This document shows, one piece after another, positions 52,642 through 63,211 of a stretch of DNA of 64,000 bases (position 1 is the first letter of the stretch; every line of letters starts with the position of its first letter). The notes beneath the pieces were generated by a model. The model worked only from the letters and a program-made list of their open reading frames with translations, searched no databases and had not been told where the DNA came from. The translations under genes were made by a program, and so were the position numbers. The stretch comes from an uncultured delta proteobacterium. Its GTDB lineage: Bacteria > Myxococcota_A > Polyangia > Fen-1088. The stretch is taken from NCBI GenBank assembly GCA_963796685.1, contig CAWCMR010000009.1, positions 352,001-416,000 of the forward strand, in the 5' to 3' direction.

Positions 52642-54186
52642 ATGTCATCGCGTATCGCTCGCAAGCTCAGCCCTGCCCTCGCCGCCCTGGTGACCGTCTG
52701 GCTCTCGCTCTCGGGATGTGGCAGCGATTCGGGGCCCCAAGCCATCGATGCCGGATGGGACCTGACCGGCCCGAGCCTGGATGCAGGCGTGGGCGATGCC
52801 TTCGCACAAGACGACGTCTCGGTCGCGCCCTTCGATGCCGCGCAGATCGACGCCGCGCCAAACGATACCGGACCGGTCGTCGACACCGGCTCCGCCTTGG
52901 ACAGCGCGGGCATCGATGGGGCGCCCATGCCCGCATGCGCGTCCTTGGTGAATCCACTCTACATCATGAGCGGCGATACCCAGGTTCCGGTGGTGAAGAC
53001 GCTCGGCAAGGCCTTGCGCCAGGGTCCGAATCCCGTGACCCTGGTCTGGTACGCGACCGGCTCCTGCACCATCGTCGACGCCCTCTACAACGGCACCCCG
53101 CTGAAACAGGTGCCGTCCTACATCCCCGACGATCCCACGTGGGATCCCAGCGCCGGTGCGGTCCCGAGCTGCGCCTTGGAGAGCGCGGGCCACAGCCTGG
53201 ACATCGGCATCCCCATCGTCTTCCCCGAATCGTGCACCAGCACCACCCCACCCGCGGACCTGGCTGCATTCAAGGGTCCGGTGCAATCGATGATCTTCGT
53301 CGTTCCGCACAGCGCTTCGCCCGAGGTGATCAGCTCGGCCCAGGCAAAGCTGGTCTTCGGCCAAGGCGCCGCGGGCAACGTCGCGCCGTGGACCGACCCA
53401 ACCTTCTATTTCATCCGCCCGCCGACCAAGGGCACGCAGGTCAGCCTGGGCGCCCTCATCGGTCTGCCGGCGGCGCAATGGCTCGGCCAACAGATCAACC
53501 TTTCTCCCGACGTGGCGACCAAAGTGGCAACGTCGACGTCTCCCGAGAAGACCATCGGCATCCTGGGCAGTGAAATCCTCGACAGCGGCAGCAACCGAAC
53601 CAGCCTGAAGGCGCTGGCCTTCCAGGCCACCGGACAAACGAACGGCTTCCTGCCCGATTCCACGGCCACGACGTTCGACAAGCGCAGCGTTCGCGAAGGC
53701 CACTACCCGGCATGGTCCCACGTGATCTATCTGACCAAGGTCGCGGCCATCGATGGTGGCGCCGCCCAACCGGTCAATGCCAACGCCAAGCTGTTCATCG
53801 ACATCCTGACCGATGCGGCGAATCCCGGCGTCCCGGCCGGCCTCGATCCGGTTGCGCTGGTGGCCAACAAGGGCCTTGTCCCCCTGTGCGCCATGACCGT
53901 GACCCGCTCCGCCGAGGGTGGCAACCTTTCGCCCTTTGCCCCGCCCGATCCGTGCGGCTGCTCCTACGAGAGCAAGGTCGGCACGGCGCCTGCCTCGTGC
54001 GTGACCTGCGCGGCGACGACCCCCTGTGCTGCTGGCACCACGTGCCGCCACGGCTTCTGCGAGACCGACGACGGGCGAACCTCCCTCGCTGATTGCAGCG
54101 CGCTTCCCACAAACGCCACCCACGCGCAGATCATCAACAACGCCTGCACGGCCGGCGCGCGCTTCGAGAGCGATCCCATCCCGTGA
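52642..54186 (+). CDS. Large Cys-rich lipoprotein, probable periplasmic-binding-protein (PBP2/PstS-like) fold
   Basis: RBS AGGAGGT; LSG-C lipobox; Asp/Ala linker; ATGSC, MIFVVP...ISSAQAKLVFG, RPPTKGTQ, SVREGHYPAW resemble oxyanion PBP patterns; fold call is inference. Confidence 0.6.
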   Translation: MSSRIARKLSPALAALVTVWLSLSGCGSDSGPQAIDAGWDLTGPSLDAGVGDAFAQDDVSVAPFDAAQIDAAPNDTGPVVDTGSALDSAGIDGAPMPACASLVNPLYIMSGDTQVPVVKTLGKALRQGPNPVTLVWYATGSCTIVDALYNGTPLKQVPSYIPDDPTWDPSAGAVPSCALESAGHSLDIGIPIVFPESCTSTTPPADLAAFKGPVQSMIFVVPHSASPEVISSAQAKLVFGQGAAGNVAPWTDPTFYFIRPPTKGTQVSLGALIGLPAAQWLGQQINLSPDVATKVATSTSPEKTIGILGSEILDSGSNRTSLKALAFQATGQTNGFLPDSTATTFDKRSVREGHYPAWSHVIYLTKVAAIDGGAAQPVNANAKLFIDILTDAANPGVPAGLDPVALVANKGLVPLCAMTVTRSAEGGNLSPFAPPDPCGCSYESKVGTAPASCVTCAATTPCAAGTTCRHGFCETDDGRTSLADCSALPTNATHAQIINNACTAGARFESDPIP

Positions 54187-55482
54187 AGGCCCGAATCCTC
54201 GTTTCCATTCTGAGCGGAGTCGCTCTATTCGGCGGATCGCGTCTCGCCTCGACGGCGGACGTGGTCGCGCCGACCGATGCGACCCTGACCAATCGGTCCC
54301 CGGGATCGTCTGAAGGAGAGGATTGGAATCTCGCGCTCAGTGGCTTCCTGCAAGCCGATGCCGTGGTGATGGACCAGTCTTCCCAGGATCAACTTTCTCC
54401 CTCTGGGGGAACGCCTCTCAACACCGAGCGATTCTTCGTTCGACGGGCGCACGTGACCGTTGAAGCCCACCGTCGCGCCCTCGGCGCCGTGCTCGAGCTC
54501 GAGGGAAGCACGGTGAGCGGCATGGCCCTCGGGTTGGCGCGGGCCGAGATCGAGATGGGCTGGCAGCGTCCCGCGTGGAACCTGGAGCTGGGGCTTGGCC
54601 TGGTTCGTATCCCATTCGGTCTGGAAGTTCAGGAATGGTATCCAGACCGTTTCTTTCTGGAACGAAGCAATGTCAGTCGGGCGCTCTTCCCTGGTGTCTT
54701 CGACTTGGGGGCGCGTGCCCAGGCATCGTGGCGCTTCTTCCACGCCCAGGCCGCGGTGATGAACGGTAACCCGCTCGGGGACGCATCCTTCCCCGCGCGG
54801 GATCCGAACGCGGCCAAGGACATCGTCGGCAGGCTTGGCCTGGATACCACCCTCGCGGCCAAGGTCCATATCAGCGCCGGTGTCTCTTCGCTCAAAGGCA
54901 CGGGGTTCCATCCCGGCACGCCCGCAACCAAGGATGTCCTGTTCTGGCGCGACCAGAACGAGGACGGCATCGTCCAGCTCGAGCGAGATCCAGGTGATTC
55001 CCGGGCGCGCGGCCACGCCCTCGCAGAACTTCTCGCGCTTCGCCGTGGGCGCCGACGGTCGCCTCGGCGTGGCGGTGCCCCGCCTCGGAAATTCCGTCGT
55101 CTTCGGTGAAATGGTGTGGGCCGCCAATCTGGATCGGGGGTTGATCCCGGCCGATCCCATTGCTTCCGGACGCGACCTGCGTGAATTCGGCTGGGTGGTG
55201 GGCGTCAGCCAGGAGGTCACCTCGCGCGCTGCCCTCGGCATCCGCTACGACTTCTACAATCCCGACCTCGACGGCTTTCGCCAGACCCCCACCGCCATCG
55301 CGCCCAAGGACATGGCGTTCCGCACCTGGACCTTCGCGCTGTCGTGGGGAGGGCTCGGTCGCAACCGATTGGTCCTCGAATATCAACACAATCGCAATGC
55401 CCTGGCCGTGGCCGCGGATGGATCGCCCACCAGCTTGGCCGCCGACACCCTGACCCTGCGCGGGCAAATGGTGTTCCAATGA
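54183..55482 (+). CDS. Outer-membrane beta-barrel (OprO/P-like porin); one frameshift near 54981
   Basis: Signal peptide; LSGFLQAD, FFVRRA, IPFGLE, FLERS, DLGA, KDIVGRL, RYDFY; C-terminal TLRGQMVFQ; removing one base joins the two ORFs. Confidence 0.75.
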
Positions 55483-56375
55483 GATGCTGGTCGCTTGCCC
55501 TCGTCTTGGCCACGGCGGCCTGTGGAGGCGTGGCCAGCGACACCGGCCTGGAGGCGCTCGTGCGCGTGCAAGGCGGCCAGTTCTACCGTGGCGCCATCGA
55601 CCAGGTACCTGCCGCGTCCGCCCCGATTGTCGTGGATGTGCTCAACAGTCAGACCGTGGTCACGCCCGGCCTGCAGAACAAACGAATCTCCGGCCGCCTG
55701 GATCCGGGCGCGACCGCGGTGGCCATCGGCTTCGCCGGCGACACCGGTTACTGGATTCTTCCGGCGGACGTTCCCGACGCGGACAGTCCCACCCAACCGA
55801 CCTTCCACGCCAATCTGTCCTTTTCCCCCACGCTGCCCGCGAAATCCTACGATCTGATCGTGCGCGCCTCGGCGCCCCCCGGCGGGTTGGGACCACCGGC
55901 ACATGTGGCCCTGGATGTCGAGCAGACCCTGCCTCCCACCGGAGCCCTGGTGGTTTCGCTGTGGTGGGACACGGAGTCCGATCTCGACCTGCACGTCGTC
56001 GATGCTTACGGCGTCGAGATTTGGACCGGCAACATCAATTCCTACGATCCCTACGCCGCCACCCCGACCACCGATGCCGGCGCCTGGAACGAGGGTGGCA
56101 TCCTCGACTTCGATTCCAATGCCGGGTGTGTCGTCGACGGACGCTGCAATGAAAACGTGGTCTGGTCGGCGGGCCCGCCAGCCGGAAACTACGTGGCTCG
56201 CGTCGATGCCTTTTCCCTTTGCGGAAACTCCGCCGCGCGCTGGACCTTGGAGGCGTTCCTAAATGGGCTCTCCCTGGGCCGGGCCGAGGGAGAGGCAGTT
56301 CCGTCGAGTCAGCGTTTCACCAAGAGCAAGGGCGGCGGGCTCGCGGCCTTGTCGTTCACCATCCCGCCGCCATGA
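55479..56375 (+). CDS. Lipoprotein with C-terminal YfaP/DUF2135-like domain
   Basis: TAA-C lipobox; VSLWWDTESDLDLHVVD, LDFDSN, ENVVW..PPAGNY; 4-bp overlap. Confidence 0.7.
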   Translation: MRCWSLALVLATAACGGVASDTGLEALVRVQGGQFYRGAIDQVPAASAPIVVDVLNSQTVVTPGLQNKRISGRLDPGATAVAIGFAGDTGYWILPADVPDADSPTQPTFHANLSFSPTLPAKSYDLIVRASAPPGGLGPPAHVALDVEQTLPPTGALVVSLWWDTESDLDLHVVDAYGVEIWTGNINSYDPYAATPTTDAGAWNEGGILDFDSNAGCVVDGRCNENVVWSAGPPAGNYVARVDAFSLCGNSAARWTLEAFLNGLSLGRAEGEAVPSSQRFTKSKGGGLAALSFTIPPP

Positions 56376-58420
56376 GACTGCGCGCGGGCATCTTCGTCCT
56401 GGCAACGTTCACGACTGCATCCACGCGAGCGGCGAGCTCTCCCGAGAGCTACGAAACCGTCGTGATCGCGCCATCCGCAAAAGAGGCCGGCGAGGCCGGG
56501 CTGCCTCCCGAAGAGCTGCGCGAGGCGCCCGGGGCCCAGGGCGATGCGGGCAAGGCGCTGGAAAACCTCCCGGGCGTGGGGCGGCCCGCGCTCGGCGGCG
56601 GCGAATTGGTGGTGTGGGGCGCGACGCCCGACGAGACGCGGGTGGTGATCGACGGCATGGAGATCCCCGCGCTCTACCATCTGGGCGGGCTGCGCTCGAC
56701 CGTGCACACCGGGTTCGTGCGCAGCCTTGCACTCGTCCCGGGCGGCTACGGCGCCGAGTACGGTCGCGGCCTCGGCGGCCTGGTCCGCATGGCCAGTCGC
56801 GAGCCGCCAGGCGAGAGCTATCAAGGTGAGGTGGACGCGGATGCCCTTGATGCCTCGTTCGCGGCCGGCGCCGCGGTCGGGAACGGTGGAGGCGTTCTGG
56901 CCGCAGGCCGCTTCGGCTATCTCAATCGCATCCTCGGCGGCACACTGTCATCGAACACGCGCCGGCTCTTTCCACTCCCGCGCTATCGCGACTTTCAGGG
57001 CAAGGTGCTGGTGCCTCTGCGCGACGATGAAAGGGCGGAGCTCATCTTCCTCGCATCCTCCGACTCCAGTGCCATCACAGGCAACAGCGCAACCCCATCC
57101 TCCGCGGCCTCCCAAGAGCAGGATCGATCCTTTTCGCGTCTCGGGCTCCGCTATGCGCGCGCCCTGGCGGACGGCTCTGGCGCGTCCCTGACCCCCTTCG
57201 TGGGTTGGGAGCACAACGGCCAAGCTCGAAGCGCGGGGCTAGCCCTGGCAAGCGAATCCATCGACTCGACCGTCCTCGGCTTGCGTGGGGACTATGTCGT
57301 TCCATTTTCCCCGTGGTCGCTCTTGACGCTTGGCTTCGACGGAATGACGACCTGGTCGAGCGTGCGGCGGGTCGGGTCTGCCACCCTGCCCGCGCGCGAA
57401 GGTGACATCGTCGCTTTCGGCCAACCCATGTCGGGGGGTGCCAGCGCCGACGCGTGGTCCACGGCGATCGGCAATCTCGCGCCGTATGCATCGCTGGAGC
57501 TCGTGCGCGGGCGCTGGCGCGTGCTGCCGTCGTTTCGCTTCGACGGCTACGCTCTCTCCACCAATCGCGCCTCGCCACCGACCGGCATCACACCCCAAGT
57601 TGGAACCTCGCGCCTGTCGTGGTCGCCATCTCCGCGACTTGCCGTCGCCCACCAGACTCGCTCTTGGTTGCGCGAGGACATTGCGCTCGGCCTGTATCAC
57701 CAGGCCCCATCGCCGGACGACCTGAGCGCCGTCTTCGGCTCGCCCAACCTGGGCATCGAGCACGCCCTGCACGCGGTGGTGGGGATGGATATGGATCTCG
57801 GCCACAAGCTCGGCGTGCAGCCCACGCTTTTCTACCGGCGCATGTGGGGGCTGGTGATGCGCAATCCCGCTCCAAGTCCGCCGCTCGCGCAGGCGCTGGT
57901 GCAGGATGGACAGGGCCGCGTCCTCGGTGCCCAGATCCTGCTGCGGTTCACGCCCCATCCCGCCCTCTCGGGCTGGGTGGCCTACACCCTCAGCCGCAGC
58001 GAGCGCCGGCACGAAGGCGACGCTTCCTACCGGCTGCTCGACCAGGACCAGACCCATCTTCTGACCGCGGTCGGGAACGCGACCTTGCATGGTTTCGTCG
58101 TCGGCTTTCGTTTCCGCCTGGCCACCGGCATGCCGCGAACGCCGGTCATCGGCAGTTACCTCGATACGACGACAGGACAGTACCAGCCCATCTTCGGCGC
58201 GCAAAACTCCGTTCGCCTGCCGGTCTTCTATGCCCTCGATGCGCGCCTGGAAAGGCGCTTTTACCGTCGCGCGGTGGACCTCGTTCCCTACTTGGAGGTC
58301 CTCAACCTCACGAACCACGCGAACGTCGAGGAGTGGGCCTACGACGAGCAATTCGCCTCGCGATCGAACATCACCGGCCTGCCCATTCTGGCCGTGGCCG
58401 GACTTTCGGTGAGGTTCTGA
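56372..58420 (+). CDS. TonB-dependent outer-membrane receptor
   Basis: TonB-box-like ETVVIA; plug LENLPGV..VVIDG.EIP.LYH..PGGYGAEYG; barrel GWVAYTLSRS, DQTH, LDARLE, VLNLTN; C-terminal Phe. Confidence 0.9.
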   Translation: MRLRAGIFVLATFTTASTRAASSPESYETVVIAPSAKEAGEAGLPPEELREAPGAQGDAGKALENLPGVGRPALGGGELVVWGATPDETRVVIDGMEIPALYHLGGLRSTVHTGFVRSLALVPGGYGAEYGRGLGGLVRMASREPPGESYQGEVDADALDASFAAGAAVGNGGGVLAAGRFGYLNRILGGTLSSNTRRLFPLPRYRDFQGKVLVPLRDDERAELIFLASSDSSAITGNSATPSSAASQEQDRSFSRLGLRYARALADGSGASLTPFVGWEHNGQARSAGLALASESIDSTVLGLRGDYVVPFSPWSLLTLGFDGMTTWSSVRRVGSATLPAREGDIVAFGQPMSGGASADAWSTAIGNLAPYASLELVRGRWRVLPSFRFDGYALSTNRASPPTGITPQVGTSRLSWSPSPRLAVAHQTRSWLREDIALGLYHQAPSPDDLSAVFGSPNLGIEHALHAVVGMDMDLGHKLGVQPTLFYRRMWGLVMRNPAPSPPLAQALVQDGQGRVLGAQILLRFTPHPALSGWVAYTLSRSERRHEGDASYRLLDQDQTHLLTAVGNATLHGFVVGFRFRLATGMPRTPVIGSYLDTTTGQYQPIFGAQNSVRLPVFYALDARLERRFYRRAVDLVPYLEVLNLTNHANVEEWAYDEQFASRSNITGLPILAVAGLSVRF

Positions 58421-59319
58421 TGCGCCCGTCCCCCCTGCTCGCGTTCCTGTTGCTCGTCGGCTGCACGCCGAAGATGGAAATTTCTGCATCGTCGATCCTG
58501 GACGAGAGGATCGTCGGCGTGCGCGGTGAGCCCGCCGAAGCGGGTCCAAGCGACACCGTGGCATACACGAGCCTGGTGGTTTCTCCGTCGGGGACCGTGG
58601 ACGAAGAGGGCTTGCTGTGGAGGCTGTGCAAATTGCGCAAGCCGGTGGCGGAGAACACGCCCGTCAGTCAAGACTGCCTTACCCAGGACTTGCCGCAATC
58701 GGCGCAGGGGGCGCAGGTTTCGATCCCGATGCCCGGCACGGCCTGCGTGAATTTCGGACCGCTCGCCCCACCGTCGAGCAGCGGGACCCTCCGCCCCACC
58801 GATCCGGACGCGACAGGCGGCTACTACCAGCCCATCCGGCTGGCTCTGGGCGCGCAGCAGGCGATCTTCCGCGAACGCGTACACTGCGATCTGGCCGGCG
58901 CCTCGCTGCTCCTGTCGCAAGAATTCCGCGCCAGCTACACCTTGAACCAGAATCCCACCCTCGTATCCCTGTCGGCCTTCGTCGGCGACCAGCCGGTCTC
59001 ACTCGACGCGCTTCCAGCCGGCCAGCGCATCCGCCTGGTCGCCGAATGGTCGCCCGATTCGGCCGAGACCTTTCCCGTCTTCGATCCGGTGTCGCAAACC
59101 CTCGCCGAGCAGCGCGAAGCGCTTTGGCTCTCGTGGTACGTCACCGCCGGAGCCTTCGACGACTCCACGACGGGACGCGCGACCGACGATCCCACCACCT
59201 GGTCTGACAACGCATGGCAGTCGCCGAGCGCGCCGGGAACCGTCTTCCTGTGGCTCGTCCTTCACGACAGCCGCGGCGGAACCGATTTCGCCGCGTACGT
59301 GCTGACGGTGGTGCTGTAG
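58420..59319 (+). CDS. Receptor-associated lipoprotein
   Basis: LVG-C lipobox; RIVGVRGEPAE, NQNP, LSWYVTAG, WLVLHDSRGG; TGATG overlap with the receptor gene. Confidence 0.75.
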   Translation: MRPSPLLAFLLLVGCTPKMEISASSILDERIVGVRGEPAEAGPSDTVAYTSLVVSPSGTVDEEGLLWRLCKLRKPVAENTPVSQDCLTQDLPQSAQGAQVSIPMPGTACVNFGPLAPPSSSGTLRPTDPDATGGYYQPIRLALGAQQAIFRERVHCDLAGASLLLSQEFRASYTLNQNPTLVSLSAFVGDQPVSLDALPAGQRIRLVAEWSPDSAETFPVFDPVSQTLAEQREALWLSWYVTAGAFDDSTTGRATDDPTTWSDNAWQSPSAPGTVFLWLVLHDSRGGTDFAAYVLTVVL

Positions 59320-59537
59320 AAGGGGGCATCCGTGCCATTCCCTGGTGGTGGGTGTAGTGGCGCGAGCGCTTCGAGGTGATGTGCGTCCGGCGATGGCGCG
59401 AGCGCGCTTGGCGCTCCAGAGCATCGCGGCGACACGGCAGGACATCGTTGTGGCGTGATTCGCTAGCCCGGCGATGTCCAGGAAGTTAGCCTTGAGCAAT
59501 ATGATGCTGACTCATGGCGCTCGGGTGATAGATTTCT

Positions 59538-60173
59538 GTGGATCGTCGGTCAAGGCCGGTCCTCCCTGGTCCTCCCTCCATAGCAATCCTTTCCCCATCC
59601 AGCGGGGTTTTCCATGCCGATTTCCCGGAGTTGCCAAAGAGCATGCCTCCAGCGGCAACGAGCATCGCCGATCCTCTTTGCGTTAGGGCCGGGAGCTGTC
59701 GCATCGCGCGGACTTGGAACGTCCCGAAGTGCGCAGGAATGAAAGTCGTGGACACTCGATCGACTCTCGGACCCACCAAACCCGACGATGCTGCTGAGTG
59801 CGTGCGGCGATCCTATTGGCTAGTTCGAGGAGCCGATACCGTGCCGGTTCTCCTGGCCAAGGACTGCGAAGTCCAAACCGCGGCGGCGACCACGGGAACC
59901 TCGACCGTCGAAATCCACAAGCGCGACATCTTCTTCAAATACGTGGAGATCGAATATGACAGTGACTGTCTCTCTCGACAAATCGGCATCCACCTGGATA
60001 CGCTCAGGGTGTTCCAAGAAGGCGAGCGCCAGGGGACGTATCGGAACGGGCGATGCGAAAGCCCGGCCTCGTCACGGCGAATTCGTCTTCCCCGCGGCAA
60101 GGGAACTATCGGTTCTCCGTTGATAGAGCTCGATGGAGCCGATCAAACAAATACAGGGCCACGATCGCGATAA
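59538..60173 (+). CDS. Hypothetical Cys-containing protein upstream of vgrG (start uncertain)
   Basis: Longest ORF in the lower-GC gap; six Cys; no recognisable motif. Confidence 0.4.
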   Translation: MDRRSRPVLPGPPSIAILSPSSGVFHADFPELPKSMPPAATSIADPLCVRAGSCRIARTWNVPKCAGMKVVDTRSTLGPTKPDDAAECVRRSYWLVRGADTVPVLLAKDCEVQTAAATTGTSTVEIHKRDIFFKYVEIEYDSDCLSRQIGIHLDTLRVFQEGERQGTYRNGRCESPASSRRIRLPRGKGTIGSPLIELDGADQTNTGPRSR

Positions 60174-60208
60174 CGACCACAAACTTGGACTAGAAGCCAG
60201 GAGAAGAC

Positions 60209-61150
60209 ATGCCAGTTCAATCCAAGACGCACGTTCGCTTCACACTGCCAGACGACAAGAGTTTGTTGTTCCACCACATGCACGGCAGCGAAGAACTGGG
60301 CAAACCCTTTCTTTACGAAATAGCCTTCTTCAGTGAGGAAGCCGACCTTACGCCCAAGGACCTGTTAGGTCAGACCGTCACCATCGAGTTGGATCTTCCC
60401 GACAATCCGGTGCTGCCCAACGAGGGCCATCGGTACTTCAACGGCTACATCACACGCATGGCTCGAATGGGACGCTATCGGAGGTACCACACCTATACCG
60501 CGACCGTGCGGCCCTGGATTTGGCTACTCTACTTGGTCGGGCGCGTGACTGTCGCATCTTCCAGGACAAGACCATTCCGGAAATCATCAAGGCCGTGTTT
60601 CAAAGGCACGGGTTGACCGACTTCGAGGAGTCGTTGACGGGCACGTACGGCCCACGTGACTACGTGGTCCAATATCGCGAGACAGATCTCGACTTCGTCA
60701 CACGCTTGATGGCCCAGGAGGGAATCTACTACTTCTTCAGACACGAACCCACGAAGCATGTCCTTGTGTTGGCAGACTCCTACAGCGCACACGCGCACGT
60801 CAAAGGGTACGAGGACGTACTCCTTTACGCGTCACAAGACCGAGGTATGACGATCGGCGAACGTATTGATATCTGGCACTCTGAGCAGGAGATCAGGTCA
60901 GGCACGGTCGTGTTGAACGGTTTCAATTTTGAAATGCCAAAAGTGGACTTGTTAGCCAAAGTATCGTCGCCAGATGAGCACGACAAGGCCGACCTCGAAA
61001 TCTACGATCAGCCTGGCAAGTATCTCAAGAATTCCGAGGGGGAGGCCTACGCGCATTTACGCTTTGAGGAAGTAAATGCCCAATTTGATCGCAGAACAGG
61101 AGGAGGCGACGTGCGCGGCATTGCTGCGGGTAGCCTTTTTACTCTCACGC
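60209..61150 (+). pseudogene. vgrG: Type VI secretion spike protein VgrG, frameshifted and 3'-truncated
   Basis: GSEELGKPFLYE, RYFNGY, RPWIW, RIFQDKT, VQYRETDLDFVTRLMAQEGIYYFF, LVLADS; 5-bp duplication at 60524-60533; sequence ends after GSLFTLT. Confidence 0.9.
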
Positions 61151-61165
61151 CCCTGTGGAAATTTC

Positions 61166-62489
61166 GGCTCCTCGCTATTTGGAATGGATTGAATTGGGAA
61201 ATGCACAGGGAAGTCTGAAGTCCAGTTTTGACAGCAGCAGATAAATCACAGTCTTCATTTTGCGCGCGGAGCGAAAGCCACGCGCCCGCGCCTTGGCCGC
61301 CTGGATGAGGCTGTTGAGTCCTTCCAAGAGACCATTCGTCAGGCCTGACATGAACCATCTCATCACGCCTGCCTGGTGCGCCTTGAGGGTCTTGGCGGCC
61401 CTGATGACGGGTTCCAATCGGCTATGGGTGGCCCAGAAATACCAGCGCTGAAACCACGCCTCCGCTTCATCCGCACTCAGGCTATACAACTCCTGTAGCA
61501 TGAGCTTGATGTGGTAGGCCCGCGCAGTGGCCAATTTGGAGGAGCGCAAGACCGCGAAGTGCTCCCTGTTCTCGGATTTGATGTTGGCCTCGTTCCTCAG
61601 CCAGTCGTGGCGCGTGCCCTTCAACTCCGGAGAGGACTTCTGCTCCTGCCTTCGCACCTCATCGATTGCGTCGTTCATGAGTTGGATGACATGGAACCTG
61701 TCGAAGGTTAGGTGCGCCGCCGGAAACGTCTCCAAGATGCCCTTGATGAATGCCTGCGACATGTCGAGACTGAAGTCCGTCACCTTCTTCACGTCTCCAC
61801 CGTGAGCGAGCAGATCGTCCTTGAAACAAGCCACCGTGCCGTGATCTTTCCCCTCCGTGACGAACAAGACTTTCGCCGCAACCATGTCGGCAAAGACCGT
61901 GACATAGACGTGGTTCTTCTGCCGCGAAGTCTCGTCGACGCCAACCTCGGCGACCTGGCTGTAGTCGGCTCGCTCACGGGCCTCGTCCACGTAGTGTTCC
62001 AGGATGCGCCACAGGAGCGTGTCATGCTCGCCGACGATGCGACCGACCGCCGCCACCGTGAGGCCGTTGCGTGCCAGTTCCACCACCATCGCCTCGAAGA
62101 GAAGGGTGAAGTTCGACCCGCCACGAGCCCATGGCACATCGACCGTCAAGACGCCGTGCTTGTCACACTTGGTTCGAGGTTGTCTTGCCTCGACATAGGT
62201 GAGGTACTGGAAGAAGTTCAGGTGTCGCCATGTCTGCGGCGAGGCATCGTGTACCTTGCAAGCATCGCCACACGTAGGGCAAGGGAAGGTGCTCCCCGGC
62301 TTGAAGTCGACTTTGATGTCGAGGCGCTTCTTCTCGGCGTCAAGGTTCAGCTCTACGACCTCCCATGGATTGACCATGCCGAGAGCCACTGTAAAAAGCG
62401 CATTGACGTCAAGACCAGAACTTGGATTTTGCACCACGGAAGATTAGCGGAACAACCAACCTCGCGTCCATTTTAGACAGCGAGGAGCC
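61166..62489 (-). mobile_element. ISL3-family insertion sequence (1324 bp)
   Basis: Terminal IRs GGCTCCTCGCTATTTGGAATGGA / GGCTCCTCGCTGTCTAAAATGGA (19/23); flanks GAAATTTC and AAAATTTC (7/8). Confidence 0.93.
61175..62437 (-). CDS. ISL3-family transposase
   Basis: Zinc finger CPTCG..HD..WRHL, VPWAR, VGVDETS, LDMS, FDRFHV, TNGLLEGLNS, ARGFRS. Confidence 0.96.
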   Translation of the reverse strand: MVQNPSSGLDVNALFTVALGMVNPWEVVELNLDAEKKRLDIKVDFKPGSTFPCPTCGDACKVHDASPQTWRHLNFFQYLTYVEARQPRTKCDKHGVLTVDVPWARGGSNFTLLFEAMVVELARNGLTVAAVGRIVGEHDTLLWRILEHYVDEARERADYSQVAEVGVDETSRQKNHVYVTVFADMVAAKVLFVTEGKDHGTVACFKDDLLAHGGDVKKVTDFSLDMSQAFIKGILETFPAAHLTFDRFHVIQLMNDAIDEVRRQEQKSSPELKGTRHDWLRNEANIKSENREHFAVLRSSKLATARAYHIKLMLQELYSLSADEAEAWFQRWYFWATHSRLEPVIRAAKTLKAHQAGVMRWFMSGLTNGLLEGLNSLIQAAKARARGFRSARKMKTVIYLLLSKLDFRLPCAFPNSIHSK

Positions 62490-62727
62490 AAAATTTCCCG
62501 GCGTCGCGGAAACCACGAGAGCCAGACCGGTACGCTCGGGGGCGCCCACCGCGTCGGGCATACCAGATGCTCAACCGGGGAATTTGTCGCTGCGCATCAC
62601 CACTCCCCCTTTCATTCCAACCACGCGCATCTTTGGCGTTGGCCGTGGTGGGTGCGGCAGTATAAGTTTGACTCATCTTACGACCTGACAAACCCGCGGA
62701 CGGGCAGCCACCTAGAGTTGAGACGAC

Positions 62728-63207
62728 ATGGCACACGTTCCAGCACCTCCCACCAAGCCAAACCACGCGAGGATCCAGTTCGTGCTGACCTCTCTCGCCA
62801 TGTGCGCCCTAGTTGTCACGGTGGGCTGGCTGTCCGATCTGCGAGGCGTGTTTCACGGGACGATCATTGTCCTGTCGGTCGCCGCGTTCCTGCACGTGCT
62901 CCTCGCTCTGGCGTTCGTACTGATCTTCCTTGGCATGAGCGCCATCGCCATCCTTTCCTGCGACCCCGACGCAGCTCCGTTGGTCCGATTCCTACGCGGC
63001 CAGCGAAGGGCCGGCAGCGTCCTTCCGCCGCTTCTTCGTCCTGCATTATCGATTCTTGTTCACCCGGCGGCACCCGGCGCTGCTGGGTGCCGCATGCGGG
63101 TTCTTGCTAGGAACACTCTCCGTGGTGGTTCTCCAATCTGTCCCGGTCTTGCTTGGCGAGGTGTGCACCCAGCTAGAGCAACATCTTCGGGACGCTCGGG
63201 GGTATAG
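62728..63207 (+). CDS. Hypothetical membrane protein (two N-terminal TM helices); 3' part may be decayed
   Basis: Hydrophobic segments in the first 80 aa; ends 4 bp before the next gene. Confidence 0.35.
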   Translation: MAHVPAPPTKPNHARIQFVLTSLAMCALVVTVGWLSDLRGVFHGTIIVLSVAAFLHVLLALAFVLIFLGMSAIAILSCDPDAAPLVRFLRGQRRAGSVLPPLLRPALSILVHPAAPGAAGCRMRVLARNTLRGGSPICPGLAWRGVHPARATSSGRSGV

Positions 63208-63211
63208 TTAG

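Noticed and set aside
61151-61165. Possible end of a second mobile element (CCCTGTGGAAATTTC) into which ISL3 inserted
   Set aside because: No matching inverted end or second transposase found in the window
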